A stretch of DNA of 64,000 nucleotides from Chiloscyllium plagiosum (lineage: Eukaryota), in contig NC_057760.1 of the NCBI RefSeq assembly GCF_004010195.1, positions 4,128,104-4,192,103 on the forward strand, written 5' to 3'. The translations under genes were made by a program, and so were the position numbers. This document shows, piece by piece, positions 22,776 through 33,715 of the stretch. Positions within the stretch are counted from its first letter, which is position 1, and every line of letters starts with the position of its first letter. The notes under the pieces are model-generated. The model ran no database searches, was not told the DNA's origin, and worked only from the letters and a program-made list of their open reading frames with translations.

Positions 22776-23499
22776 ATTCTGAAAAAGGATGTCAGGTATT
22801 TCACACACACACATACACGCACACACAAACGTACACGTATTCACTCCTTTGCATGGGAAAACAATTCCCTCTGCTCACCCATAGTCCCTTCAAATTTCAC
22901 AATGAGCAACTGCGCAAACCCATCTTGATCAGAAGCAAACTGGATGGTCTCACAATTGTTCACTGCCAATTCAAGTTAACATATTTTACAGTCCCCACTT
23001 AGTCTGTTGCATTCCTGTTTTCCAGGGACCTAACAGAGACAAATTAATATTACACTCGATAATTAGCAAATCCTAAACCTTTATTGTGTTGTGGGAACAG
23101 AAATATCAAACTTGTACTCATTTAGTCAGGAAGCTAGCCATCGAATTGGCTCATATTTAGATACTTCAGAAATATTATCGTGGCAGAGTTCAAATCCTAT
23201 CATGACAGAACTTCATTTTGATAAATATATGGAAGTATCATTCCAATATTGACCATAAAAGCACTGTAAATTGTCATAAAAACCCATTTGCTTCATTAAT
23301 GCCCTTTTGGGAAAGGAAACTGCTGTCCTTACCCGGTACAGGTTACAGGTGACTCCAGACCAACAGGAATTGTTGTGGTTGTTGGAGGTCAGCCATCTAA
23401 GCTCCAGGGCCTCACAGCAGGCGTTCCTCAAGATTTTGTCCTGGGCCTAACTGGGTTTGGTGACTGGATAACTGGCCTGAATCGTATTGTTTACAATCC

Positions 23500-24190
23500 G
23501 TTTTTGGCAACACTCCCCAGGACCTTACCATTAAGTGTACATGTCCTGCCCTGATTTGGCCTACCAAAATACAACACCTCACACTTATCTGAATTAAACT
23601 CCATTTGCCACTCCTCAGCTCATTGGCCCATCTGATGAATGTTCCATTATACTCTGAGATGACAATTTTGGCTGTCCACTGCACCACCAATTTTGGTATC
23701 ATCTGCAAATTTACTAAAAATACCTCGTATGTTTAAATTTAAATCATTTATGTAAATGACAAAACATAATGGATCCAGCACCAATCACTGTGAACACCCT
23801 TGGTCCCAGGCTTCCAGTCTGAAAAGCAATTCTTCGACCATCATTCTCTGTCTTCCTACCTTTGAGGAGAAAGTGAGGACTGCAGATGCTGGAGATCAGA
23901 GCTGAAAATGTGTTGCTGGAAAAGCGCAGCAGGTCAGGTAGCATCAAGGAGCAGGAGAATCGACTTTTGGGCATAAGCCCTTCTTCCTACCTTTGAGCCA
24001 ATTTTATGACCAAATGGCTTGTTTCCCCTGTATTTCATGTGATTTAACCTTGCTAAAAAGCATACCATGGGGGACCTTGTCGAACAGCTCACTGAAATCC
24101 ATATAGACACCATCCATGACTCTGCCTTTATCAATCCTCTTCCTCCCTTCCTCAAAAAACTTAATCAAGTTAGTGAGAAGATTTCCCACA
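23500..24190 (-). mobile_element. CR1 RT fragment containing a PLE tail insertion (23867-23981) with 16-bp TSD
   Basis: LTNLIKFFEE...MDFSELFDKVPHG. TSD TCTTCCTACCTTTGAG at 23851-23866 and 23982-23997. Confidence 0.88.
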
Positions 24191-24199
24191 CACAAAGGG

Positions 24200-24606
24200 T
24201 GAATAAGCTGGGGGTTATTTTCCATCAAGCCTCGGAGGCTAAGGTGTGACTTTTAAAGATTTATAAAATCTTGTGGGATATGGATGAGATGAATTGTCAG
24301 TGTCTTTTCCCCCTGGCCAGGGTTGTCCAAATTAAAGGTTCGGGTTTAAGGTGAGAGTGGAAAGGTTAAAAAGGACCCAAGCAGCAAATTTTTCACAGAG
24401 AAACAGTTGTCTATTGAATGAACTTCCAGAGGAAGTGCTGAAGGCTAGTAAATTGACAACATTAAAATGGAATATGGATGGGTAAATGAATAGGAAGAGT
24501 CTAGAGGTATAGGGGCCAAATGCTGGCAAATGGGACTGGATTACTTTGGATTTTTGATGAGTTGGACTAAAGGGTCCGTTTCCGTTCTGTACAACTATAT
24601 GACTCT
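24200..24606 (+). mobile_element. CR1 3' end fragment
   Basis: Typical 3' region and tail GGGTCCGTTTCCGTTCTGTACAACTATATGACTCTA. Confidence 0.8.
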
Positions 24607-25274
24607 ACCAAAGGAACCTGCTGTCCTTACTTGGTCTGAGCTATACTTAACTGCAGACCAACAGAAATTGATCCTGTTGTTGGAGGGCAGCCATCTAAAC
24701 GCCAAAAGCTAGCTGGCAGAGTTATTGAAGATTGTGTCCTCGGCCTGACTATCTTTTGTGACTGTATAGCTGATCTTCTCTCAGTCACAATGCCATCAGT
24801 TAAAATGTTGGCTAAGAATTGCACAATGTTCAGTAGCATTCTCGTCAGATACTGAAGCACTCCATGTTGCAATACAGCAAGATCCTGGTAATTTCCAGGT
24901 CTGGACTGACAAATGGTAATTGGTATTTGCGCCACACAAATGCAAGGGAATTGCTACCTCCAATAAGAAAACACGTAAATAACGATTTTTAACATTCAAT
25001 GGCTTTGCTGATGCTGAATCCCTTCCGAACAAACTGGGAGTTACCATTGAGCTGAAAGTGAACTGGATTCATGACATAAGAATTTTGGCTGCAACAGCAA
25101 GTCAGAGGACAAGAATACTGCTATGAGTAATGCACCTCATGATTCCAAAAGCCTTTCCACAATCCAGAAGGCACACATCAGGAGTGGAATGGAATACTCC
25201 CACTTGCCTGTACGTGTTTATCTCCGACAGCACTCAAGAAATGGGATGCCTGCATGACAAAGCAGCTATATAAA

Positions 25275-25512
25275 AGCACACTGCTGAGAACACTTGAAAT
25301 CTGAAATGAAAGCACAAAGTTTTGGAAAAAATCTTCAAACCTGGCAGCATCTGTAGAGATAAACACAGAGTTAACCGTTGAGTCCAATATAACTCTTCAG
25401 CAGAACAGTTCTGAACAGGAGTTATGTTGGACTAGAAATGTTAATTGTCTCTCTCTCTCTCCCAATAGATGCTGCCAGACCGGCTGAGTTTTTCCAGCAT
25501 TTTCTCTTTTAT
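25275..25512. mobile_element. Older palindromic PLE-derived element with two decayed hammerheads
   Basis: CTGGCAGCATCTGTAGAG...GAGTTAAC / GTTAATTG...AGATGCTGCCAG inverted arms. The + core is CAGTT-CTGAACA-GGAGTT-ATGTTG-GACTA-GAAATGTT-AATTG with stem I CAGTT/AATTG. Confidence 0.75.
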
Positions 25513-25841
25513 GGAAAGGTAGCCAGTTTGATTGGTATCAGATCTACAAATATGCGATCCATCCCCCACCAATGTTAAGTTGCAGCATAAAGTATCATTG
25601 ACAATACGCACTGCAGAAATTCACCAATGCTCCTGTGACAGCATCTTCCAAAACCGCAATCACTACCTTCCTAAAGACAAAGACAGTAGATGCATGGGAA
25701 CATCATGATCTGCATGTCCTCTTACAAACTACTCAACATCCTGACTTGGGTGTATATTCCTTCAGTAAAGTCGCCATAGTCCCAGTGGACCAAAGGGCTG
25801 AGTCCTCACTAATGAGAATCAACTGGTTGCAACTTTAGTGT

Positions 25842-26042
25842 CAAGATGAGAGTAGTACTGGAAAAGCACAGCAGGTGAGGCAGCATCCAAGGAGCAGGAA
25901 AATCGACATTCGGGCAAAAGTTCTGCACAGGAATGAGGCCTCATTTCTGATGAAGGCCTTTTGCCCGAAATGTTGATTTTCCTTCTTCTCGGATGCTGCT
26001 TGACCTGCTATACGTTTCCAGCACCACTCTAACCTTGACTGT
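25842..26042. mobile_element. Palindromic PLE-derived element with hammerhead motif
   Basis: Inverted arms around GAATGAGGCCTCATT. The + core is CTGATGA(25947-25953)-A-GGCC-TTTT-GCCC-GAAATGTT. Confidence 0.8.
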
Positions 26043-26296
26043 ATTCCCCAGTACCCACTTTCACCTGGTGGTGACTTTAGCCTGAGGGTCACCATGCCTC
26101 AGGGGAGGGATGATGTTGAGAAGGTGGGACTTTCATGGTGATCTCAGCCAATGTGGGAAATGAACCTGTGCTGTTGATATTACTCTGCATCACAAACCAA
26201 TCATCCAGCCACCGCTGCTGCAGGGAATCAGTTAGCACAGTTTGCTAGATGGCTGGTGTGGGAAGTAGAGAGACGAGGTGATCATTATATTAAACT

Positions 26297-26392
26297 CAAT
26301 TCTTGATGACGGGCTTTTGCCCGAAACGTCGATTTTCCTGCTCCTCGGATGCTGCCTGACCTGCTGTGCTTTTCCAATACCACACTCTCAAT
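26297..26392 (+). mobile_element. PLE 3'-tail fragment with hammerhead motif (C3>T)
   Basis: TTC-TTGATGA-C-GGGC-TTTT-GCCC-GAAACGTC-GATT followed by the standard tail. Confidence 0.8.
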
Positions 26393-28939
26393 ATTGAATT
26401 GAACACCAGTTGTCTCACTGTCTATGAGAGGAGCGCCCTCAGGACCGACGTCAATTCCTTCAGAATCCCTTTGTCAAAATCCTGGAACATCCTTCACCCC
26501 CTTCACTTTCACACCATTGAGCAACTGTTCCTACACCTTCAGGACTGCAGTGGCACAAGAAAGGGCAATAGGTTCTGGCGCAGCCATCAAAGTCCATGTC
26601 TCCTTAATTAATTAAATGAAACACGTCTGAACAAAACATTTTGACAGCAAGAATCTGGCTACCAGGAAATTCAGGTAAATGTGTATATGAAATTGATGTG
26701 TGTATAAACATTGAGCACATATTTTCAGATGGATAGTGTGCGTGTGTGTGCACGTGCGCGCACGCTTGCATGGTAAGGGGCGTGACTATTGCTGCAAGGG
26801 AATTCAGCAAATTACTGAATGCTCAGTTCAATCACATTATAACCATGATGACATGCATTAAGCAGAGATCAGAGCTGGCTAAATTTTCTTTGAGCTGTTT
26901 CTGAATTGGGAAGCATTTTCAGACAGCACTATCAGGAACTGGTTAGCCCCTGTAGCAAGTCATAAAATTCCTGCTGTTAAAAGCAGGAATAACTTCCTAT
27001 AATCCATAATAATCGTCACATACCTGGTCAGTCCTTATATCTCAGACATACATGTATCACTCACAATCCAGGATTGGCCAGCATTTGTGATCAAGAGGAA
27101 TTAAGCATAGTGTGTGCGCCAACAGTACAGCAAATCGGTAACCGTCATTGCAAAAAGAGTGTGTTAAGTAACGAGCATTGAAGCTGTAATTGTTTTTGAA
27201 GAGTATTGTTATCTCTGATGTAACTGTGGGACAACATGACTATCAGGTGGGCACAGTAATTAAGAGTATGAGTGGTTTCACATTCAAACAACAATGTTTG
27301 ATCACTGTTAGTGTAAGTGTATATTATCAAAAGAACTGAACTGTTGGAGATGGGGAACGAGATCTGGGTGAAGAGCAGGCGCTGGATGATCTGTCTGAGA
27401 AAATTCCCCATCACCTGTCCTGTAATTCAAAACCTCAATTTCCAATTGTAAACATTATCTTACTGAATTATCTAATATCATTGCCAACTAATATTTTCAA
27501 TCTGATGTATAAAAACAAAGCATACCTAATTACATTTGATAAATGAATGTAAAGTTAGTTAACTTAATTGCCTCACTTGAGGTTTGATGTCAGAATTATA
27601 ACCAGAATTAGATTTGTTGTCACATTTACTCAAGCATAGGAATAGGTCAGCACAGTGATAAGTGCCCAGAACTGCCATTCTCCCTGCCATCTTGGTTTGA
27701 AACCCAAATGTCTGCAAAAATATAGATTCGTTTCCATTGCCTTGGCCATACACTAGTCAGAATCTTTCAGCTCCTAAAGACATTCTGATGGAGAATGGGG
27801 AAACCCAGCTAGTGAAAGTGACTTGCTATCTGATTCTTGAGACTGTTGCTTTTCCTGGTGATTCATGGTTTAGCCCCAGTGTGTTGGAAGATGGCAGGTG
27901 GATGCCCTGCGTTTAAATGAGGGATACAGAAAGAAGGAAGCACAGGCCAGTTAGCTTAACATGACACAAAGAAACTGTTGGAAAGTAGTATTCAAGCAGA
28001 TATAGCAGGACAGCTTGATTAGTTCAAGTTAATCTGTAAATGTCAATATTGTTTTGTGATTCTAGTGGTGATTGCATAGAATTTCTTTGAGGATGTAACG
28101 TGTCGTTGATAAAGGGGAATGTACTGTGATTAGCTTTTTTAATACAGCGAAGGCCATGGCAGCAAGTAAGCGATTGAGGTGAAGATGGAAATGATTGTGT
28201 GGGAACAGTGTATCTTACTGAAATAGAAAGATACACAGTTATATCCACGGTTCTTCTGTGGCTTTGTTTGCTACGAGAATACAGGCAGAATCTATTTGCT
28301 CAGACGAGCAACTTCATTCACCCTGACAAACTCTGAGCATTTCTGCGGGCTGGCTGCAGTACCTGTTTGCGGCCAGTAGTGATCGCTAACCTGCGAAAGA
28401 GTGAAGTTCCTAGATCAGAGAGATGGAGACAACAGACAATAATTATTCTGCTTGTTGTGAAAAATGGACACTGAACGTTAACTTTGTTTCTGTCTCCACA
28501 GATCCTGCCTGACTTTCTGAATTTCTCCAGCAATGTCATTTTTGGAGAGGGATCTTCAGATTCTGCGTTTTATTTTTGTTGTCTATTGTTCCTTTGTGTT
28601 GGACGGACTGAGTTAGAAATAATGAGTGGACCCGAGCTGTTATTACATTTCCAATGGGGAAAATGATTGGAAAATGACTGCAATATGAATAATCAATTAA
28701 TCCAGGAGAGTCGACATTGATTTGTTGAGAAAGATTCTGCCTGATCACCCCACTGATTTCCTTTAAAGAAACAAGAATCCAAGTTGGAAGATCGGAGAAA
28801 ACTGTCTAAAAGAGTTGCTGCTTGGTTCAGACAATTTCAGTGTTGGAGCTGATTTTCTCAAATTCTTGGAGAAATAATTACTATTTTATATTATGTTGCA
28901 TTGTTTTCGAAATTTGGTAGAAAAATCAAAATACGTTAC

Positions 28940-30555
28940 CTTAAAACAGGAGGTAGAAAGGGAGAGAGCAAGTGCCGCCTGGGAGGTATAACACAGGACC
29001 AGTGAACCTGCACAGCTGACTGCTTCTGCTGTTTAGTTACAACTATTTCTAGACATCGAGTTCAGTCTAAGACAAATAAACAAACGGTGAAATTCACAGC
29101 AGGGAAACAGCTAAGTGTTTTTTTCCAATAAATCTACAATGAGAGGAGAAAGGGGTTTTATACGGTTTATTGAGATCTGTCTCTTTTTAAAAATATAAAT
29201 CACAGATATCAAGTTATGCCAGAACAGTGTTTTTAAAGCAGTAAGACCGTGCTAATATCTGGGTCTGTGTATTATGAAGGTGCAGAGATGGCCTTGAGTG
29301 ATGTGCAGGATGTAAGATGTGAGCAGTTAGGGATGTTACTGGTGATTATAATAGAATCCCTACAGTGTGGAAACAGGCCATTTGACCCAACAAGTCTACA
29401 CTGACCCTCTGAAGAGTAATCCACCCAGTCCCATTCCCCTATTACTCTACATTTTACCCCTAACTAATGCACCTAACTGAACATTATAGGCACTTTTAGC
29501 ATGGTCAATTCACTTAGCCAGCTCATCTTTGGATTGTGGGAGGAAACCAGAGCACCCAGAGGAAACCCACACAGACACAAGGAGAATGTGTAAACTCCAC
29601 ACAGACGTCACCCGAGGCTGGAATTGAACTTGAGTCCCTGGTCCCTGGTGCTAACCACTGAGGCACCTTGCCGCCCTATGTTTGCAGGAAGTGTGCCTCA
29701 TTGCCATTCTTATTGGATTGCATGGGTTGATTGGAACAACAGTTAAAGGCAATGAGAAATATACAGGAGCTGTTGGGTGTGATGGATTACAGTTTCAGGA
29801 AGTTAGAAAAACTTCAGGAAAAATCAGGGGGATGTATTACCTCTCTGAAAGGTATGAGACATAGGCAGGTAGTGCAGGAGTCTCCTGTTGCAATCCCCAT
29901 CTCAAACAGGCAGGAAAATGTACAGGGTGATGGACTGTCAGTCAGGATGTGTCGCACTGGCAGTCAGGTTTCTGGTACCAAGACTGGGTCTATTAACAAG
30001 AGTAACGTCAGTTTTCAAGCGATCAATTGTGATAAGGGACTCCCTAGTTGGAGGCACAGACAAGCTTTTCTGCAGCAGACAACAAGACATCAGAATGTTG
30101 TATCAGAATCAAAGATATCTTGGAGATGATGCAGAATATTTTGAAAAGGAAGATGTTGTACACATTGGAGCTAATGACATAGGAAGAGAAAAGAACAAAG
30201 TTCTGAGGAGAGAAAATAGGAAGTTAGGCAACACCTCGAAGGTGATAAAATCTGGATTAATTCTTGTGACACCAGATAGTGAGGTTAGGAATAGAAGGAT
30301 AAAACAGATGAATGTGTGGCTGAGGAGTTGGTGCAGGGGAGAAGGATTCACATTTTTGGACCATTGGAATCTCTTCTGGGTAGAAGTTACCTGTATCAGC
30401 ACGATGGGCTGCACCTGAATTGCAAGTCAAATACCATACTGGCAGGAACAGTTGCTAGAGCTACTCAAAAATATTTGAACTTGTGAGGGTGCAGGGGGGT
30501 CTGCAGTGGAACTAAGAGAGAAAGTGAGACAAAATATCAGTCTGAGACTGATGCA
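28940..30555 (+). mobile_element. Degenerate CR1 5' region/ORF1; continues at ~37154-37280 and ~38555-38715 beyond the gypsy and PLE insertions
   Basis: VVQESPVAIPISNR, IVIRDSLVGGTD (GDS-like), VVHIGANDIGR, NVWLRSWCRGEGF. Confidence 0.85.
29350..29676 (-). mobile_element. V-SINE (HE1-like)
   Basis: Same head, V domain and tail as 22467-22775, but more diverged. Confidence 0.88.
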
Positions 30556-31298
30556 TATTATGAAGTTAGAGACGTGTACTTTACCTTCAAGAGCGAGTGA
30601 ATGCTGTTCTGCACTCAGAGCTTACAAGAACAGTCTTACAAAGTAATGGAAATTGAAAATACGTATCATTTGGCTATGAAATACATACCTGAGTTGTTTG
30701 CTATTTGTAACATTTCGGATTTTACCAATCAGTTTAAATTATGCCCCAGGACACTAAAACCCCAATCGAGTTTGAATTTAATATCTTGCCAACATTGAAC
30801 CAATGAGACGATCCAATGTTGGGGATATCACAAAAGGCAGGCATTTTGAAAGCCAGACAGAGCAACTGCCATCGAGATACAAGACTTTGAAACGCTCTCT
30901 ATCAAAGATACTTTTCCATATGAAACATATTCGCAGTACTAGAAAGAATACGACCCAGGAAGATCTTCAGCCAGAAGACGATAGACACCAAAGATGACAG
31001 CTGCTGTATAGTTTTGAAATTAGGATGATGTAATTTTAATAAATGTTTATTGGAAAAGTAAATTGTTATAGAGTTGGAGATGGGTAATAAGCAGTTAAGA
31101 GAAAGGGGGGCTTAGAGTTGTGAACAGTTATTGTTTAATGTTCACTTTTCAAGTTAAAGAATAAATTTATATTATATTTTTCAAACAGTGGAATTTGGGA
31201 GTTCTCTGTCATTCATATTTTAACAGATTACAAGATGAGATGAGCTTTTCTGGGTGTTTAGTTTAATTAATAGAGGAATTCACAGCCATCTCATAACA
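30556..31298 (+). repeat. 5' LTR of the gypsy element
   Basis: Its last ~295 bp (from ~31004) align clearly with 36859-37153. Termini are inverted (T[A/G]TTATGA / TCATAACA). Confidence 0.8.
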
Positions 31299-31907
31299 GA
31301 TTTGTGGCTCGAGTCCGAGATTTGAGCAGGTTTAGATCGATACAGTCTGAGATTTGAACAGATCTGGGGTACAAAAGCTCCCAGCAAACTTAAACTCTTG
31401 CCCATTAATGTTCTAGATCGGTAAACAAAACGTAGGTGAGACAATTTGTTTAATTCTGGTTATTTGTGGTTGGTTCAATTAAAAGTGAGGCAAATGGCTC
31501 TGAAGGAGGTTCTGGGGTTTGAAGATACTTCTCAAATTTGCCAAGAGAATTTAGAGAGATAGAAGAGGGGCATACTTTTAGACTAAACAAATGGGTTAGA
31601 ATTGGATTCATGCAGGGACAAAGGAAATCTGAAATGATAATGAAGTTGGTCAAGCACTGAGGTGTATTTGAGAAATAGGCAGGTGTAGTAGAGTCAGAAA
31701 AACTTAAATTGCAATTGAGACAAATGAAATTAGAATATAAAGAAAAAGAGAAAGAGAGAGAAGAAAAACTAAGACAGAAGTTTCTTAGGTGAGCAAAGAG
31801 AGAGAAAGAAGAGAGAGAGTGTGAGTGACGTGAAAGCAAAAGGAAGCGAGAATTTGAAATGCAGAAGTTGCGAATTAGTCAGGACAGTTGAGTAAACAGA
31901 ATGGGAA

Positions 31908-32415
31908 TAGAACATAGAAAAGTACAGCACAGAACAGGGCCTTTTGCCAACATTTAAACCTAATGTCAAATATAGTAACTTAACCTACGCACCCCTCAAC
32001 TCACTGTTATCCATGTGCATGTCCAGCAGTCACTTAAATGTCCCCAGTGACTCTACTTCCACCACCACTGCTGGCAACGCATTCTCTGCGTAAAGAACCT
32101 ACCTCTGACGTCTCCTTTATACCTTTTTCCTAATATCTTCAAACTATGACTCCTCGTACCAGTCAATCCTGCCCTGGGGGAAAGTCTCTGGCTATTGATT
32201 CTATCTATTCCTCTCATTATCTTGTTTACTTCGATCAGGTCTTCTCTCTTCCTCCTTCTCTCCAGAGAGAAAAGTCCGAGCTTATTCAGCCTTTCTTCAG
32301 AAGGCAAGCCCTCCAGTCCAGGCAGCATCCTGGTAAATCTTCTTTGCACCCTCTCCAAAGCCTCTGTATCTTTCCTATAGTAGGGCGACCAGAACTGGAC
32401 ACAATATTCCAAGTA
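31908..32415 (-). mobile_element. 5'-truncated CR1 inserted in gypsy gag
   Basis: [16 protein letters not shown]...[14 protein letters not shown] and a tail ending CTATGTTCTA. Confidence 0.92.
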
Positions 32416-32889
32416 ATGATGAGAGAAACCAGTGATGTATACATGTGCGTTAAAATTTTGCCACATTTTGATGAGAAAAACTTCAAGGCCTTTTTTTATT
32501 TCATTTGAAAATGTGGCAAGGCTGGCGATGTGGTCAGTGAACTTGTGGACAAGTTTATTTAGACTAAGCTGGTAGGCAGAGCTAGTGAGGTATTTGCAGC
32601 ACTGTCAGATGAGGAGGCAAGAGATTATTCGGATGTCAAACAGGTTATTTTGTGTGGTTATGAATTAGAACCAAAAGGGTATAGAGATCAGTTCAGAAAC
32701 ATAAAGAAGGAACCAGGTCAGACTGACGTTGAGTTCAAAAGTTGAGTTAAACCAAGTAATTTTGATACTTTTAAGGCTACCATGGGTGGTAGCCTTAAAA
32801 ATAGTAAGACCTATGAGGCTCTAAGGGAGATTAATCTGATGGTGGTGTTTAAAAACTCACTTCCAGATATGATAAGAATTTATGTGGAT

Positions 32890-33186
32890 TTTTTTTTAGA
32901 TTACATTACATTACAGTGTGGAAACAGGCCCTTCGGCCCAACAAGTCCACACCGACCCGTCGAAGCGCAACCCACCCATACCCCTACACTTACCCCTTAC
33001 CTAACACTACGGGCAATTTTAGCATGGCCAATTCACCTGACCTCCGGAGCACCCGGAGGAAACCAATGCAGACACGGGGAGAACGTGCCAACTCCACACA
33101 GTCAGTCGCCTTAGGCGGGAATTGAACCCGGGTCTCAGGCGCTGTGAGGCAGCAGTGCTAACCACTGTGCCACCGTGCCGCCCACA
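32890..33186 (-). mobile_element. V-SINE (HE1-like) inserted in gypsy gag
   Basis: Head GGGCGGCACGGTGGCACAGTGGTTAGCACTGCTGCC with B box GGTTCAATTCC, and a CR1-like tail. TGGAT is repeated on both sides. Confidence 0.93.
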
Positions 33187-33277
33187 AATGGATGAACAGA
33201 AATTTCAAGAAATGAGAAGAGCGACAGGGATGGCAGATAAATATGCAGTGGTGCAGAAGGCAAAATTTAGCTTCCAG

Positions 33278-33715
33278 TATAGAAATTAATATGACAGTTG
33301 TGTGATTAAATTAATGGAAGCATACATAGATGACAGATGGGCAACAGATGACCACAGGCTGAAAATAATGGCAGTATGCTAGGTTAGTCAAATCACGTGA
33401 TAAATGTGCAAATGTTAAAGACAATAATGGCAAAATGTGATAGGTTAAGTGTAATGTAGAAGATAATTGTGGGAGAAGATGATTAGTTTAGAAAGACAAA
33501 TACAAGCTAATATGATTGGTTATGCTAATGAAACCAGATAAGCATGGCAACTATAAGCATATAAAAAGTAGCGAGCCCCATGAATTGGGGGCAATTGGGA
33601 AGCCATTTTTTGATTGTCACAGCTTTTGTTTGCAAATAAAAGTTTAACTTCTTGAGGAATTCTCTGCATCTCCTGGTGATTCTCACAGAGCATCGGGTAC
33701 AAACTCTCCACAACA
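33278..33715 (+). mobile_element. Probable solo LTR of an unrelated element inserted in gypsy gag
   Basis: 438-bp AT-rich insert starting TATAGAAA and ending CCACAACA, with internal TATAAAA (~33560) and AATAAA (~33635). Flanks CCAG/TCAG. Confidence 0.6.
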
